A stretch of 64,000 nucleotides of DNA from Octopus sinensis (lineage: Eukaryota), in assembly GCF_006345805.1 (NCBI RefSeq), contig NC_042998.1, positions 31,930,001 to 31,994,000 of the forward strand, read 5' to 3'. This document shows positions 1 through 13,230 of the stretch, piece by piece. Position 1 is the stretch's first letter. Each line of letters opens with the position of its first letter. The position numbers were made by a program, and so were the translations under genes. The notes beneath the pieces were generated by a model. The model saw only the letters and a list, made by a program, of their open reading frames with translations, was not told the DNA's origin and did no database searches.

Positions 1-84
1 TTCTGTGATTAGAAATGATATTGAAAATGACAGACATCAAAATTAGGTAATGCACTTCTATATTTAAGAGATGAGGAATTTTGT

Positions 85-240
85 ACATTATTTACATTAT
101 TTACAATATACGTCCTCATCTTGTTTGTTAACACAACGTTTCGGCTGATATACTCTCCAGCCTTCATCAGGTGTCTTGGGGAAATTTCGAACCTGGGTTC
201 TCATTCCTAAGGTATTTTTCGATGTTGATGTTATTATTAT
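85..240 (-). repeat. Interspersed ~155 bp repeat carrying a minimal hammerhead motif (copy A)
   Basis: Reverse-complement copy at 805-961; ends in a (TTA)n run; contains CTGATGA...GAAACGTT on the minus strand. Confidence 0.8.
130..175 (-). ncRNA. Minimal type I hammerhead ribozyme motif (Penelope-type)
   Basis: Minus strand: GACAC-CUGAUGA-A-GGCUG(gagaguauau)CAGCC-GAAACGUU-GUGUU. Stem I GACAC/GUGUU, stem II GGCUG/CAGCC, palindromic minimal stem III AACGUU. Confidence 0.65.
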
Positions 241-244
241 TATT

Positions 245-806
245 TTTTCCTTCTTTCTTCAAATTTTCCTCCATTTCTCGCCGCGTGTTTTCCGTACACC
301 TAGGGCAGAGAAGCTTATTGTATGCATTCCCAAATTACACACGCAAATTCACAGGTAAAATATGTATTTAAAAAAATTAATAAATAAATTCATGAATGGA
401 TGTTGTTTTCACAGCAATAATACTCTTCTCAGTACATGAGTCATTCCAGTTAACACGATTTTTTGCACTTCCTGTAAGGATGGTAAGCCTGGTATCATTT
501 TCAAATGGGTTTCCGTACCTTGTTTTATCATTCCTAGAGATCTTACAATCACTGGTACTGTAGTCGCCTTGAGATGCCACATGTTTTCAATTTCTATCAG
601 AAAGTCTTTATATTTACCGATCTTGTCAAACTCTTTCGTCGCTATATTGTGATCGCAAGGAATACTCATGTCAATTAATAAACACACCTTTTTTTGTCTG
701 ATCTTTTATAATAATATCCGGTTTTATTAGCTTTTATAGTTTTCTCGGTATGTATGGGGAAGTCCCATAGAATCGACATATTTTCTCCCTCAGTCACAGC
801 TTTTGT
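245..806 (-). mobile_element. 5'-truncated R4/Dong-like non-LTR retrotransposon 3' end (restriction-like endonuclease domain plus 3' UTR)
   Basis: Frameshifted ILWDFPIHTEKTIKANK-PDIIIKD-LLIDMSIPCDHNIATKEFDKIGKYKD..IEIENMWHLKATTVPVIV.SLGMIK matches the RLE C-terminus; ends in a (TAA)n tail, the known Dong target. Confidence 0.85.
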
Positions 807-961
807 AATAATAATAACATCGAAAAGTACCTTAGGAATGAGAACCCAGGTTCGAAATTTCCCCAAGGCATCTGATGAAGGGTGGAGGGTATGTCAGCCG
901 AAACGTTGTGTTAACAACAAGCAAGATGAGGACAAATATCCGTCAAATGTAAATAATGTAA
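805..961 (+). repeat. Interspersed ~155 bp hammerhead-bearing repeat (copy B, inverted relative to copy A)
   Basis: Reverse complement of 85-240; CTGATGA at 872-878, GAAACGTT at 900-907; stem II has one mismatch (GGGTG/CAGCC). Confidence 0.8.
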
Positions 962-1666
962 CTAATCAAAATTAGGATATAATAAAAAATAAAATGAATT
1001 AAAGACATTTGCTCGGTACACTGTAAAAGTTTTTAAAATCCATATATTCTGCCAAGGTTGACTTGGTTTTCAAAAATTTGGGGTCGATGAAATAAGTATC
1101 AGTTGAGCACTTGGGTTGGTGTAATCGACTTACCCATTCTCCCACTTATTATGGGTTAGCCTAATAAGTGCAGCATCATGTAATTTCGACAATCTGTTGA
1201 GTTGAATAGTAATAGTCAGAATATTATTATAAAACTGAACATTAAATTGAGATGCACTTTCCAGTTATGCCTCACTTAAATCCTGGGACATGGAAGAAAA
1301 CACTATCAACACTTAAGTTATATCTCAACTGATAGACAAAAGTGTTATTATTTTCCTTGCAGCAATAATTGTTACTTGGCTCTCGACTAGCATGAATCTT
1401 TGTCTTGTACTAACATATGAATTTGTATTTAGAATGTCGTAGAAATCTGCTGCAAGGAAAATGACTACTACAAATCTGTGAGATATTATTTTTGAAGTAT
1501 TTCATAAGTATTTCCCTGCTAAATCGTAGTTCGGTGTCTCATGCTTCAGTTCAGATCGAATGCTTTAAATATGAAGCAATTATTGTGAATTAAATGTATA
1601 CTTGCACTAAATACACAACGTCGATGGGCTTAGTTTTTTTTTTTACCTCAATATTGATTAAATGTT

Positions 1667-1830
1667 AGGGCGGCGAGCTTACAGAACTCATACCGAGCCG
1701 GAAAAACGCTTACCGGCATTTCGTCCGCCATTACGTACTGTGTTCAAATTCCGGTGAGGCTCACTTTGCTTTTTACCCTTTTGGGTGAGCACTAGTGTCG
1801 ATGTAACCGACCTATCCCTTTTCCTGAATC
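1667..1830 (+). mobile_element. Degraded tRNA-derived SINE (same family as the 1917-3225 array)
   Basis: GGCGGCGAGCT head and GTTCAAATTCC B-box, followed by a diverged core. Confidence 0.6.
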
Positions 1831-1916
1831 GCTTGATTTGCGCTAAAATTTGAAACTATTATTTCCATTCTTACAGTGACCCACATAATATTTCAAATCA
1901 AAACACAGTAAATCTA

Positions 1917-3225
1917 TTTCTTTACTACCCACAAGGGGCTAAACACAGAGAGGACAAACAAGAACAGACAAACGGATTAAGTAGATTATATCGACCCCAG
2001 TGCGTAACTGGTACTTATTTAATCGACCCCGAAAGGATGAAAGGCAAAGTCGACCTCGGCGGAATTTGAACTCAGAACGTAACGGCAGACGAAATACCTA
2101 TTTCTTTACTACCCACAAGGGGCTAAACACAGAGAGGACAAACAAGGAAAGGCAAACGGATTAAGTCGATTACATCTACCCCAGAGCGTAATTGGTACTT
2201 AATTTATCGACCCCGAAAGGATGAAAGGCAAAGTCGACCTCGGCGGAATTTGAACTCAGAGCGTAACGGCAGCCGAAATACTTATTTCTTTACTACCCAC
2301 AAGGGGCTAAACACAGAGAGGACAGACAAACGGATTAAGTCGATTACATCGATCTCAGTGCGTAACTGGTACTTAATTTATCGACCCCGAAAGGATGAAA
2401 GGCAAAGTCGACCTCGGCGGAATTTGAACTCAGAACGTAACGGCAGACGAAATACCTATTTCTTTACTACCCACAAGGGGCTAAACACAGAGAGGACAAA
2501 CAAGGAAAGGCAAACGGATTAAGTCGATTACATCTACCCCAGAGCGTAATTGGTACTTAATTTATCGACCCCGAAAGGATGAAAGGCAAAGTCGACCTCT
2601 GCGGAATTTGAACTCAGAGCGTAACGGCAGCCGAAATACCTATTTCTTTACTACCCAGAAAGAGTTAAACACAAAGGGAAAAACAAGGACAGACAAACGG
2701 ATTAAGTCGATTACATCGATCCCAGTGCGTAACTGGTACTTAATTTATCGACCCCGAAGGGATGAAAGGCAAAGTCGACCTCGGCGGAATTTGAACTCAG
2801 AGCGTAACGGCAGACGAAATACCTATTTCTTTACTACCCAGAAAGGGTTAAACACAAAGGGGACAAACAAGGACAGACAAACGGATTAAGTCGATTACAT
2901 CGACCCCAGTGCGTAACTGGTACTTAATTTATCGACCCCGAAAGGATGAAAGGCAAAGTCGACCTCGGCGGAATTTGAACTCAGAATGTAACGGCAGACG
3001 AAACACCTATTTCTTTACTACCGACAAGGGGCTAAATACAGAGAGGACAAACAAGGACAGGCAAACGGATTAAGTCGATTACATCGATCCCAGTGAGTAA
3101 CTGGTACTTAATTTATCGACCCCGAAGGGATGAAAGGCAAAGTCGACCTCGGCGGAATTTGAACTCAGAACGTAACGGCAGACGAAATACGGCTACGTAT
3201 TTCGCCCCGCGTGCTAACGTTTCTG
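1917..3225 (-). mobile_element. Tandem array of 7 x ~184 bp tRNA-derived SINE units (core resembles the Meta domain)
   Basis: TTTACTACC anchors at 1921, 2105, 2289, 2463, 2647, 2830, 3014. Each unit has a B-box (GTTCAAATTCC on minus) and the core GTCGACTTTGCCTTTCATCCTTTCGGGGTCGAT. Flanked by direct repeat GTAAATCTA (1908-1916, 3226-3234). Confidence 0.9.
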
Positions 3226-3494
3226 GTAAATCTAATACTCAAAGAGACATAATTATTGCATAAGAATTGCCATCTATATTTCTCATTTATTTGAAGTAAT
3301 TTCATATTAATTTTGTAGAAAATAATATGCCCCCATTCAGTTTCGACTCCCAGTTTTAAGGTTTTAATTTCATTTAAGCTGATAGCAATTCCCCACCCCC
3401 AAAAAAGTATGAAAACTGAAACTTGGGAAACGATTGTGTTTGAAATAAATGAACTCTTCAAAATTAGTTTCGAGTCGGATTTTGCTGTTGCTGT

Positions 3495-3913
3495 TTGTTT
3501 GTTTGTTTGTTTGTTGAGCGAAGCGGTCTTCGTCTCAGATCTCGCAAGATCGCGCCTCAGGATTGTCTGTAGTGGGGGAAGTCCGAAACGTGGTCCTTTT
3601 GCTATTCGTAAGACCCGCAGAAGAGATAGCAGGTCAACCCCCCCGACACCGAGAGCATCAACGGATGGATGAATGCGCATCCAGGCTCAGCGGTTGCGTA
3701 GGAAGTCGGGGACAAGAAACAGGAAGAAAGAGTGAGAGAAAGTTGGAGCGAAAGAGTACAACAGGGGTCGCCACACACCCCCTGCCGGAGCCTCGTGGAG
3801 CTTTAGGTGTTTTCGCTATATAAACACACTCAACGCCCCCGGTTTGGGAATCGAAATCGCGATCCTCCAACCGCGAGTCCGCTGCCCTAACCACTGGGCC
3901 ATTGCGCCTCCAC
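3495..3913 (-). mobile_element. Full-length tRNA-derived SINE
   Basis: Head GGAGGCGCAATGGCCCAGTGGTTAGG (A-box) and TTCGATTCCC (B-box); (AAAC)n tail; 12-bp TSD TGCTGTTGCTGT (3483-3494, 3914-3925). Confidence 0.9.
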
Positions 3914-4984
3914 TGCTGTTGCTGTCTTTCTGATTATTATTGATCGAATAAATAAGACTGGTGAGAACCCAGTCACATTTTTCTAATTCATTGAGAATGT
4001 AATTCTGCACCAGTATTACACGACCTCCTATGAAGAGGGATAATTAAATCACATGTCGATATTGTTTGAAATATTTCTTTCTCTATGGTTTCTCGAAGCA
4101 AATATATTTCGATTTGTTTCGCTTCCATTGTATTGATCAGATACGTTAAGACAATAGCATTTTGTGTTTCCTTACCTTTTCAGTCAATACGGAACGTGCC
4201 TGGTGGTATAGGTTCGGAGTACTATGGCTACAATTCAAAAGTGGTTCCTCATTAAAGACAAAATGACACTCATAATGTCATGAAAAGTTAATTGAAGGAT
4301 CCTTGACTAATGTATCTGAAAATATCTGCACAGTTAATCACGATGCCATAAAACGGATGGTAACATTGAGAAGTATGAAGTATTAGCCGGCAAAACAGAA
4401 TGAATAACAGAAGTTATTTTTAGCATCCACTCAGGAAGAAGAACAATACTTATAGAGTCTGTGAAAAATGGCAGCGGAGAATAACAAGCAACAAACTAAT
4501 GGTAAGCTGCTCAGGAATGCTTTTTTTTTAACCACAGAGATACTTACAATGCATTTATATTATTCAAACTAAAACTATATCTAGTGAAATGCAAGAGAAA
4601 GCCACATTGTCCAGCAATAAAGTATGAAAAGCGAAGATATTTTCCTATTTGCTTCGACAAGTTTTTCTGCGGAAAAGTCAAACTCATTCACAAACTACAT
4701 CAACAATCCACGTTTGTATTTGGTCGGTTGATCTTTTTTTTTTTTCTGGAAACAATAATTACGTTTCAGAAAGTTGTAAAAGAAAACTATTCTCTTAAAA
4801 ATGCCTGCATTGCATAATGGTTTCGTACAAACATACACACACACGCATATTGATCTTTATATCTTATGAATAAACATACTGAGCGACTCGAGACACTCAA
4901 ACGTTAAAGGAAGTACTTAAAACAAGAAATTACAACATGATGACAGTGATTTCGAAGTTGCGCCTATAATTATACACACACATA

Positions 4985-5430
<446 letters not shown>

Positions 5431-6669
5431 TTGTATGTATTTTTATAGCCAATTAAAAAAAACGGCGTTATGATTGACTAATCATTTTAGAATATTCCAT
5501 GATAAAGATATATTATTTCAGTAGAAATTTAAAAACACCTCATTTTTCTCTCTATTTACCGTAATTTACAATATTGCCCTTGTAACTACTCTTTGCATCT
5601 AAACTTATATTTTGCCAATATTTTTCTCAATTTATTGTTATGAATTGCTATCGATTGAGTTTAGAATATCGAAGAATGTTCTCTAAACTAAACACTATTG
5701 ACAGAAGGGACACAATTTTTCTCTTTCTTGGATAATTACATTCTAAAAAAGGAAAGAAGAAAGAAGCAAAAATGTACCTGAAAAATAAAGGGAAACTTTT
5801 TAAACTGGTATTGTTTGAGCATGAACACTAAGAGTTATAGAATATATAGTAATATTTGTAGTGCAGACATAAATGTCGAGTTCTTCAATTGGAATGCTCT
5901 ATAAATTCCTCTGAAATATTATCTTCTCAAATAAATCAGGATAACAAGTATGGGTGTTGTTTAGCACTTGTCCAACCACGATCGATCAAAGACATCATCA
6001 AAGATGGGCCAGAGAGAACCATCCTATCTGTTTAAGGATACATACGAATGCATTACCCAATAAGCTTTCCCTTTTTCATGATGTTAGGATGTAACTAACG
6101 TCAGGTTTATTTCGTTGATATTTGTAGTAAGCCAATCGGTACTTAGATCTTGTGATTTATAGTTTTGAAGCAACTCGAACGAAAGGTTTAGTGGATTTTG
6201 CCTTAGACTGACTTGAATATAAGGTGATTTTATTAACTAACCAATTTGTTTCGACAGCCTGTAATACGATAAATTAAGCCGGAAAATAACTTTTATCATT
6301 GTAATTTAATGAGATGTACAATGAATGAAACTGTCTTTTTATATTTCATTGATAGTTTATTTCGCCAACTTCAGAAGAATTAAACTACACGTCCCCGTGG
6401 AGTAATTTGAAATCAAGGCATAAACATGCGTCGCGAAATATCACAAAACGTATTGCCTGCACTCTAATGGTTTCACGCTTTTCTTCACAAAACAGCTTCA
6501 TTGTCCTAGACCGACATTACACCATCATGGTAATCACTGCTGCTTTTTCTATCAGAATTAGCTAAGGTGCATCTCCACACAATGGATGATGAAATATTGT
6601 TTCGTATTAGACGGTCTTCAGAGCCGAATCCTATTGAACATTTATGGTAGATCCTTTAATAACAACGAG

Positions 6670-6713
<44 letters not shown>

Positions 6714-6715
<2 letters not shown>

Positions 6716-7138
6716 CGCAGGAGTGGCTGTGTGGTAAGTAGCTTTCTAACCAACCACATGGTTCCGGGTACAGTCCCACTGCGTGGCATCTTGGGCAAGT
6801 GTCTTCTGCTATAGCCCCGGGCCGACCAATGCCTTGTGAGTGGATTTAGTAGACGGAAACTGAAAGAAGCCTGTCGTATATATGTATATATATATGTATG
6901 TGTGTGTGTGTGTGTGTGTGTTGGTGTGTCTGTGTTCGTCCCCCTAGCATTGCTTGACAACCGATGCTAGTGTGTTTACGTCCCCGTCACTTAGCGGTTC
7001 GACAAAAGAGACAGATAGAATAAGTACTGGGCTTACAAAGAATAAGTCCCGGGGTCGATTTGCTCGACTAAAAGCGGTGCTCCAGCATGGCCGCAGTCAA
7101 ATGACTGAAACAAGTAAAAGAGTAAAAGTGTAAAAGTG
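6714..7138 (+). mobile_element. tRNA-derived SINE with internal (TG)n and a LINE-like 3' tail
   Basis: Head GGCGCAGGAGTGGCTGTGTGGTAAG; tail GCGGTGCTCCAGCATGGCCGCAGTCAAATGACTGAAACAAGTAAAAG; inserted at a (TA)n run. Other copies at 39488-39840 and 50951-51354. Confidence 0.9.
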
Positions 7139-8269
7139 TATATATGTTAGTTCAGGAAGAATGATAAAATTACTTCCTGCATATATGGGATGGGTTGGAA
7201 GTTGCTTGTGTTTCAGTATATGTCTGCATAGATGCAATATTTTTATATATTTATTCATAAAATTACTCCTGTTCGGAAATGTAATACTTTTTATTCAATT
7301 TCCACTAACGCATTTTCCTTCTGTCCGTTTTTATCTCACTGAGACTCCAAGGTTCTCTTTCTAATTGTCTGTTACCATCTCGTATTACATATATGCAGAC
7401 TGTGGAATTCATATGATATTTATGCTTTATATTTCGGTATATGGACAGACGTTTAGAAAATATGTTGTTCACATGCAGACTTACAATAGTTAATATTGTT
7501 GCCATACATAATATTAAAGTTTTCAGAACGATTATCTCCGATATCATAGTAAATTGTATTACTGGGAAAAGTTATAATCGAATATATTGCTGGAATTCGA
7601 TTCAAGGAGTCGAGGTCGCTCTGCGTCCTCAAAAGTAAATGGGGAAAATCCAGCACCTGCGCGAGATGATAAAATCTCTACGGTTTGAAAATAAGCCTTT
7701 CTCTTGTTAAAATATTCTATAAAATTATAAAATATTTAAAATTATAAAATATTCTATTCCTCGCGGTGACCAACAACCGATGAAGTCTCTCTCAGTGAAA
7801 ACTGTAATATCGCTTTACCGAGATTGGTAAAATCAAGTAGCAGTCAATTACTAGAATCGATTTAATCAATTGCACCCTTCTGTTTAATTTGTGGTTTTCT
7901 GCATTTATTAGAAAATCTTGAGAGTTTGGTAATTTGTTCTAATATATGATCATGGAACTTCGTGGCTGTGTCAATAAAACTGTATGATTAAAGAAAGAAC
8001 TGAAGAGATAACAAACTACTCTGGTAAAATTATCTTAAGTACCATTCTACAATTTAGTATCGGATTCACAGATATTGTTCAATTTCCGAAGAACTTGCGG
8101 ATCGTTGTTTTTAGCTTATTAATTAAAGTGTTAAGATTATAAAAAAAAACTTATGGAGAAATCAGATTGTGGAAAATAGAAATAAGGTATTGGGAAAGGA
8201 CATATTAAATGCAAAAGGGCACAAACATTCACCATAAAATGATGTGTAAAAGGATATATATATACATAT

Positions 8270-8388
8270 TGGCCTGCTCGCTTAGCCAGCGGGGTGGCGT
8301 CTTTTGAGGGCTAAAACAATGTGAAGCGCATTGTGACCAGTGATGTGTAGCAACATCTGATATCCTGGTCGGTCACGTGATCACGTGA
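8270..8388 (+). repeat. ~120 bp structured interspersed repeat ending in the palindrome TCACGTGATCACGTGA
   Basis: Second copy at 41621-41740; both lie in (TA)n. Confidence 0.8.
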
Positions 8389-8462
8389 TATATATATATA
8401 TATACATATATGTATGGTATGTATGTATGGTATGTATGTATGCATATATATATATATATAAA

Positions 8463-8633
8463 GTTAATCCAAACATGAAAACACAAAGAGAAAACACGAC
8501 AACGCGAGGATGTGGAACAAATATAGTATTTTTGGACGTTCAGGAAAGAAGGGAAGAAGGAGGGTTTAACGTTTCGAGTGGAGCTCTTCGTCGGAAAGAT
8601 TCAGAGAAGGGAAGACAGAGGAAAAAAATGCGG

Positions 8634-8636
<3 letters not shown>
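8463..8636 (-). repeat. Interspersed repeat with a degenerate hammerhead motif (probably Penelope-derived)
   Basis: Second copy at 43271-43450; minus strand CCGACGA-AGAGCTCCACTC-GAAACGTT (8568-8594); flanked by (TA)n. Confidence 0.6.
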
Positions 8637-8671
<35 letters not shown>

Positions 8672-8697
8672 TATATATAGATAGATAGATAGATAGG

Positions 8698-8772
<75 letters not shown>
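8636..8772. repeat. (TA)n + (AGAT)n microsatellite
   Basis: Direct inspection. Confidence 0.95.
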
Positions 8773-8773
<1 letters not shown>

Positions 8774-9099
8774 CTAATGAATAGTAACATACGATGAATA
8801 ATAATCAGCTCATTACAGCTCTCATGAGCTGACAAATATTCATCGTATGTTATTCATTTGATTATAATACACCAAGGGGATTTACGATATGTCGGACACC
8901 ATAGAGTATACCAGCAACGTACTATTAACAGTAACGCGTGATTTGGACCAGCCCCTAGATGCCAAATACGCATGGGGTTGGTTTCCTCTCTGTAAACAAC
9001 TTGAATATCCTATTTGATGCTTATTCAACCCTAACTGGTGCATACATTTTCAAGTACCTGACTCTATCTGAATCCTTATTTTATTATATATATATATAT

Positions 9100-9133
<34 letters not shown>

Positions 9134-9136
9134 ATA

Positions 9137-10000
9137 CTAGCATTAAAGACCCGTCGTTGCCGGGTCATAGTACTAGTGCATGTATATATGTATATATATA
9201 CGTGTATATATTACATGTACATCTATATATATACATCTACACAATACAAAATTATATCTTGATATCGCTAGTGATAAGAATACTCAAAATATATAACACA
9301 CTGGAATTGTTAGCTCTTCTTTTTTCTCTACATTATATACTTTATAGACAATAGTCTTTAATTTAATTTTTTATTATCCATCTGGACTATTCCATTTCTG
9401 CACGCTAATTTTATTTTTAATTTATTCCCACTCACGTGAAACCACTTATTCAAGTTCAAATCATTGATGCAATTTTATACCAATTGCTATTTTTACTTTT
9501 GTTATGTTACGATTATATTATACTTTAGTTTGATTTTAATTATTACTTACTACATATAATTCAATTGTTATTATTATTTTTATTGTTAAAGTGAAAGCAT
9601 CTGACATAAATAGAGAAATATTTTTGTTTCACTTTTAACACGTAATACTGAAATAGTGGAGAAGATATGATATTGCTATGGGCTTGCTCTAGGCAAGAAG
9701 TTGAACATTTTTTTTTGCCCATGAAACTACATGGACCCAATGTAAGGCATGTGTAAAATTTGAATGAAATTGGTTGTGTAGTTCTCAACTTTTAGGGAAT
9801 CGTAGTGGAGAAGATATGATATTGCTGTGGGCTCGCCCTAGGCAAAAAGTTAAAATTTTTTCCGATGACACTCCCCGGACCCTAAGTAAGGCATGTATAA
9901 AATTTGAATGAAATTGGTTGTGTAGTTCTCAAGTTTTAGGGAAACACACAGACAGACAGCCAGACACACACACACATTCTCAGTTTTATATATATAAAGA
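9137..10000 (-). mobile_element. Non-autonomous Helitron, both termini intact
   Basis: Minus strand begins A|TC (10000-9999) and ends with the hairpin GACCCG/CGGGTC (9148-9166) followed by CTAG|T (9137-9140). Internal ~149 bp tandem duplication (9654, 9803) and a (CAGA)n/(CA)n tract near the 5' end. Confidence 0.8.
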
Positions 10001-11087
10001 TATATATATATATATATATATGGAGAGAGATAGAGAGAGAGAGAGGTATATGTAAGAATGATTGTGCTAAACCTTTAAATTCTTTCACTATCGCAGTTAT
10101 TTACACAACGATTGAAATAAAACCGCGCAACTTTTATGGTAATGACTGTTTTAAAACTTACAAATAATTAAGCGGTCACCGATAATTAAAGAGACGTGTC
10201 TATAAGTATCAGTTATTCGGTAAGAAAGTGTTTTATCAATATACACATACATTGAAAGAAGTTCTCAGTAAAGTAAACAAATATCCTGAATAATTAGGTA
10301 GAAAAGTGAATGTTACAAGGAAAATTAGCTATAATGGAGACGACATACATTTGCATAAATGATGGCGAAAAGATGTGGTGTTTGGTGTCTTTCTAACGTT
10401 ATCTCTCGTTAAGTAATATTAGTAACATAACAGGACTTGTAGGTTCTAGAGTCCCCACTGTTACATGCGCGCGCCCGCGTTCACACATGCATCGAAACAT
10501 ACAAACATACACATATACATACACACATACAAAGAGGTACGCATACACAGACTCATACCCTCGGTGATCGACCTGCTAGGAATGCCAAACAAATCTTTAA
10601 TATATATACACAAAGTCTATCAAGCAAGCGGGATGATATTCACCAAATTTGCTTTGACCTTAGCTCTGATCGATGACAGCCGATCGAGGGCTAAGCAGGA
10701 AACACAACAAAAACGACACACACATATATGTGCGTATGTGCTTATGTGTGCTTCTTGAACATCACAACACAAAGAAATCTTTATAGAAATCTACCTTAAC
10801 TAATTGCTTGTGAAGTAGATAACATTTAGCTGTCCTATTTACAGGTAGTATGACTTGAAACGCTAATCTTCACGTCAGCTGACTAGATTTCCTCTCCGGG
10901 AGAATACAATATGTATAATTACTGCGGTAATAACTTTTCATCATATTCTGTAAAAGCAATATCCTAGAAGGATTAGAAAGTGTGTTAAATGAGTGAAAGT
11001 TTTGAGCAACGATGAAAGATGAACATTCTCTAATACATACATACATACACACACACATATTACATACATATTTACACACACACACAC

Positions 11088-11151
<64 letters not shown>

Positions 11152-11178
11152 TATATATACATATACATACACACACAC

Positions 11179-11210
<32 letters not shown>

Positions 11211-11211
<1 letters not shown>

Positions 11212-11570
11212 AACAAAACTGGAACACGAACGTAACAGGCAAAAACAAAACATCTGGACAGGCGATACAAAAAAGGACAGGAAAAAAACAAGGATTTGTA
11301 ATTCGGACGTTTCTGTCGAGTTCCAGATCGTCGTTCCAGATTGCAGTATCGGCCGGTTACATTCGAAACTGCACCAATCTGGCCGTCCCCAAGAAAATTT
11401 AAGATAAGGGTATTAGATTCTTTGGAAGAAAGCAAGCAAATGTATACGAAAACAGGGACGAAGAAAAACGGATAAATGGTACACAATTACAAATACAAAC
11501 AACAGGACACTTACAAGGACGAATTAAATTAAGCTGGCGTGTGTGGAAGTGAAGCCTTGCGGTAGATGAG
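11211..11570 (+). repeat. Interspersed repeat in (TA)n, related to 54136-54575
   Basis: Shared segments such as TTCGGC..GTTACA.T.GA.ACTG and TTGGAAGAAAGCAA; a Penelope LTR-like origin is inferred only. Confidence 0.45.
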
Positions 11571-11577
11571 TGTATAC

Positions 11578-11608
<31 letters not shown>

Positions 11609-12631
11609 ATGTGTGTGTGTGTGGAGTGATTAATTAATCAGTCAGTAGAGTCGCTGGAAATGTGTGTGTGCGTACTTTGTGTTTTCGGTACGTATTGTAG
11701 TTTCATAATTATACATTATTTATTCAAGTGTCCTGCTCGCCTACAAGCAATGCGCCATTTATAAGAATAATGTTTTGTGGTTTGGCATTTGACTGTCCTT
11801 TCTAGCTTGGTGCTCTTCTTTCCGTCCATGTCTTTTTATATACTCTTATATCATAAACATATTTATGTCTACTAATGGTGTCATTAGCCTTAGGTAACCA
11901 GTGCACTCATTTTTAACAGCCAACAACTTTTCATCTACCCCCATTGCTTTTCCTTGCCACTATATCTAAACGGCATTGAACTATTAAAGAATTTGCACTT
12001 AGGGGATTATCACTGATATCCTATATGTAAAGCACAAGTGCATCGATGCGAATAATCAAGTCATGTAATTCTTCACAGTTGCAACTGCCGACTGCAATGC
12101 ATTCTTTGTCTCCTTCGTTCAAACGAGCACATTTGCATCCTGTACGAACGCCTCCGCTGTTTACAAATTCGCTATGACTAATGAATATAGAAGCTTGTCT
12201 CAGTAAAGAGTTCAAGCAAGTTTCATTCAAACAGACGCTTATCTGTCCCTCATCACAAACGCACCAACATATCATACCAACTATCCTTCAACTACAGAAT
12301 AACAGAGTAGTGGGTGGATGGTAATATAGCAAGAAGTACTCGCGTAAACAGTATATATATATCATCATCACTCCACGCCTGTCACAACCTAGGACCTTGA
12401 AGACTGCTTTAATGCAAGAAAGTATATTAGTCCCTTAATATTTTATATTCAATATTTCATCTATTCAATAAGACAATCATTACTTCATTTTATTTTACTA
12501 TATATATATTATTTATACTATATATTCTATATTCTACATTAATATTATAGAGAATATAAATAAAACATAAAAAATAGAGTTGGAATTCCCTTGAATAATA
12601 TATATCCCTCTCTACACAATCATACAAACCC

Positions 12632-12662
<31 letters not shown>

Positions 12663-12952
12663 CACTGCTATTGTAATAAGGTAATTAATTAAAAATATAT
12701 CTAATTCATTTATTCACACCTATGCAAACTGATGTGCCTCGCTTTAGTTAATAGGTTAAGATGATTGTGTAACGTTAAATATTCTTCTGACTTAATATGT
12801 GTCACGTTCATATATAAATTCTTAACGCGATAAACTGAAATTTATGTCAGCGTTGACAACTGTCTATGCACGGAAAAAATACACACACAAGCACAAACAC
12901 ACGTGCAAACATATATGCACATATGTACATATGCATGCACATAAATACACAT

Positions 12953-13006
<54 letters not shown>

Positions 13007-13033
13007 AATATATGTATATATATATATATATAA

Positions 13034-13066
<33 letters not shown>

Positions 13067-13194
13067 TGTATGTATGTATGTATATGTATATATAAAGACA
13101 AAGAGAGGGAGGAAGAGCAGTAAAGCCGAACTCCAACGTGTTGAATGGCCGCTGTTTGAATATGGATGCAGAAGTATGTTTGCTTCCTTCTTTT

Positions 13195-13230
<36 letters not shown>

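Noticed and set aside
1350-1462. 15-bp perfect inverted repeat ATTTTCCTTGCAGCA
   Set aside because: No TSD or second copy; cannot support a MITE call.
2250-2889. ORFs in the SINE array (also 33518, 52668, 60385, 61018)
   Set aside because: Incidental frames through non-coding SINE units.
1917-3225. CRISPR-like regular repeats
   Set aside because: Eukaryotic SINE units with no unique spacers and no cas genes.
3840-3913. tRNA genes at SINE heads
   Set aside because: Heads run into SINE bodies with TSDs and lack complete cloverleafs.
4468-4501. Possible first coding exon MAAENNKQQTN with donor G|GTAAGC, phase-compatible with a candidate exon at 17131-17228
   Set aside because: Too short, no homology, upstream ATGs; phase match has about a 1-in-3 chance. 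Needs RNA-seq.
7485-7680. Minus-strand open frame ending at a GTAAGT donor, faintly cadherin-like
   Set aside because: Similarity too weak; no neighbouring exons.
12021-12275. Cys-rich 84-aa ORF
   Set aside because: No recognisable domain or splice context.
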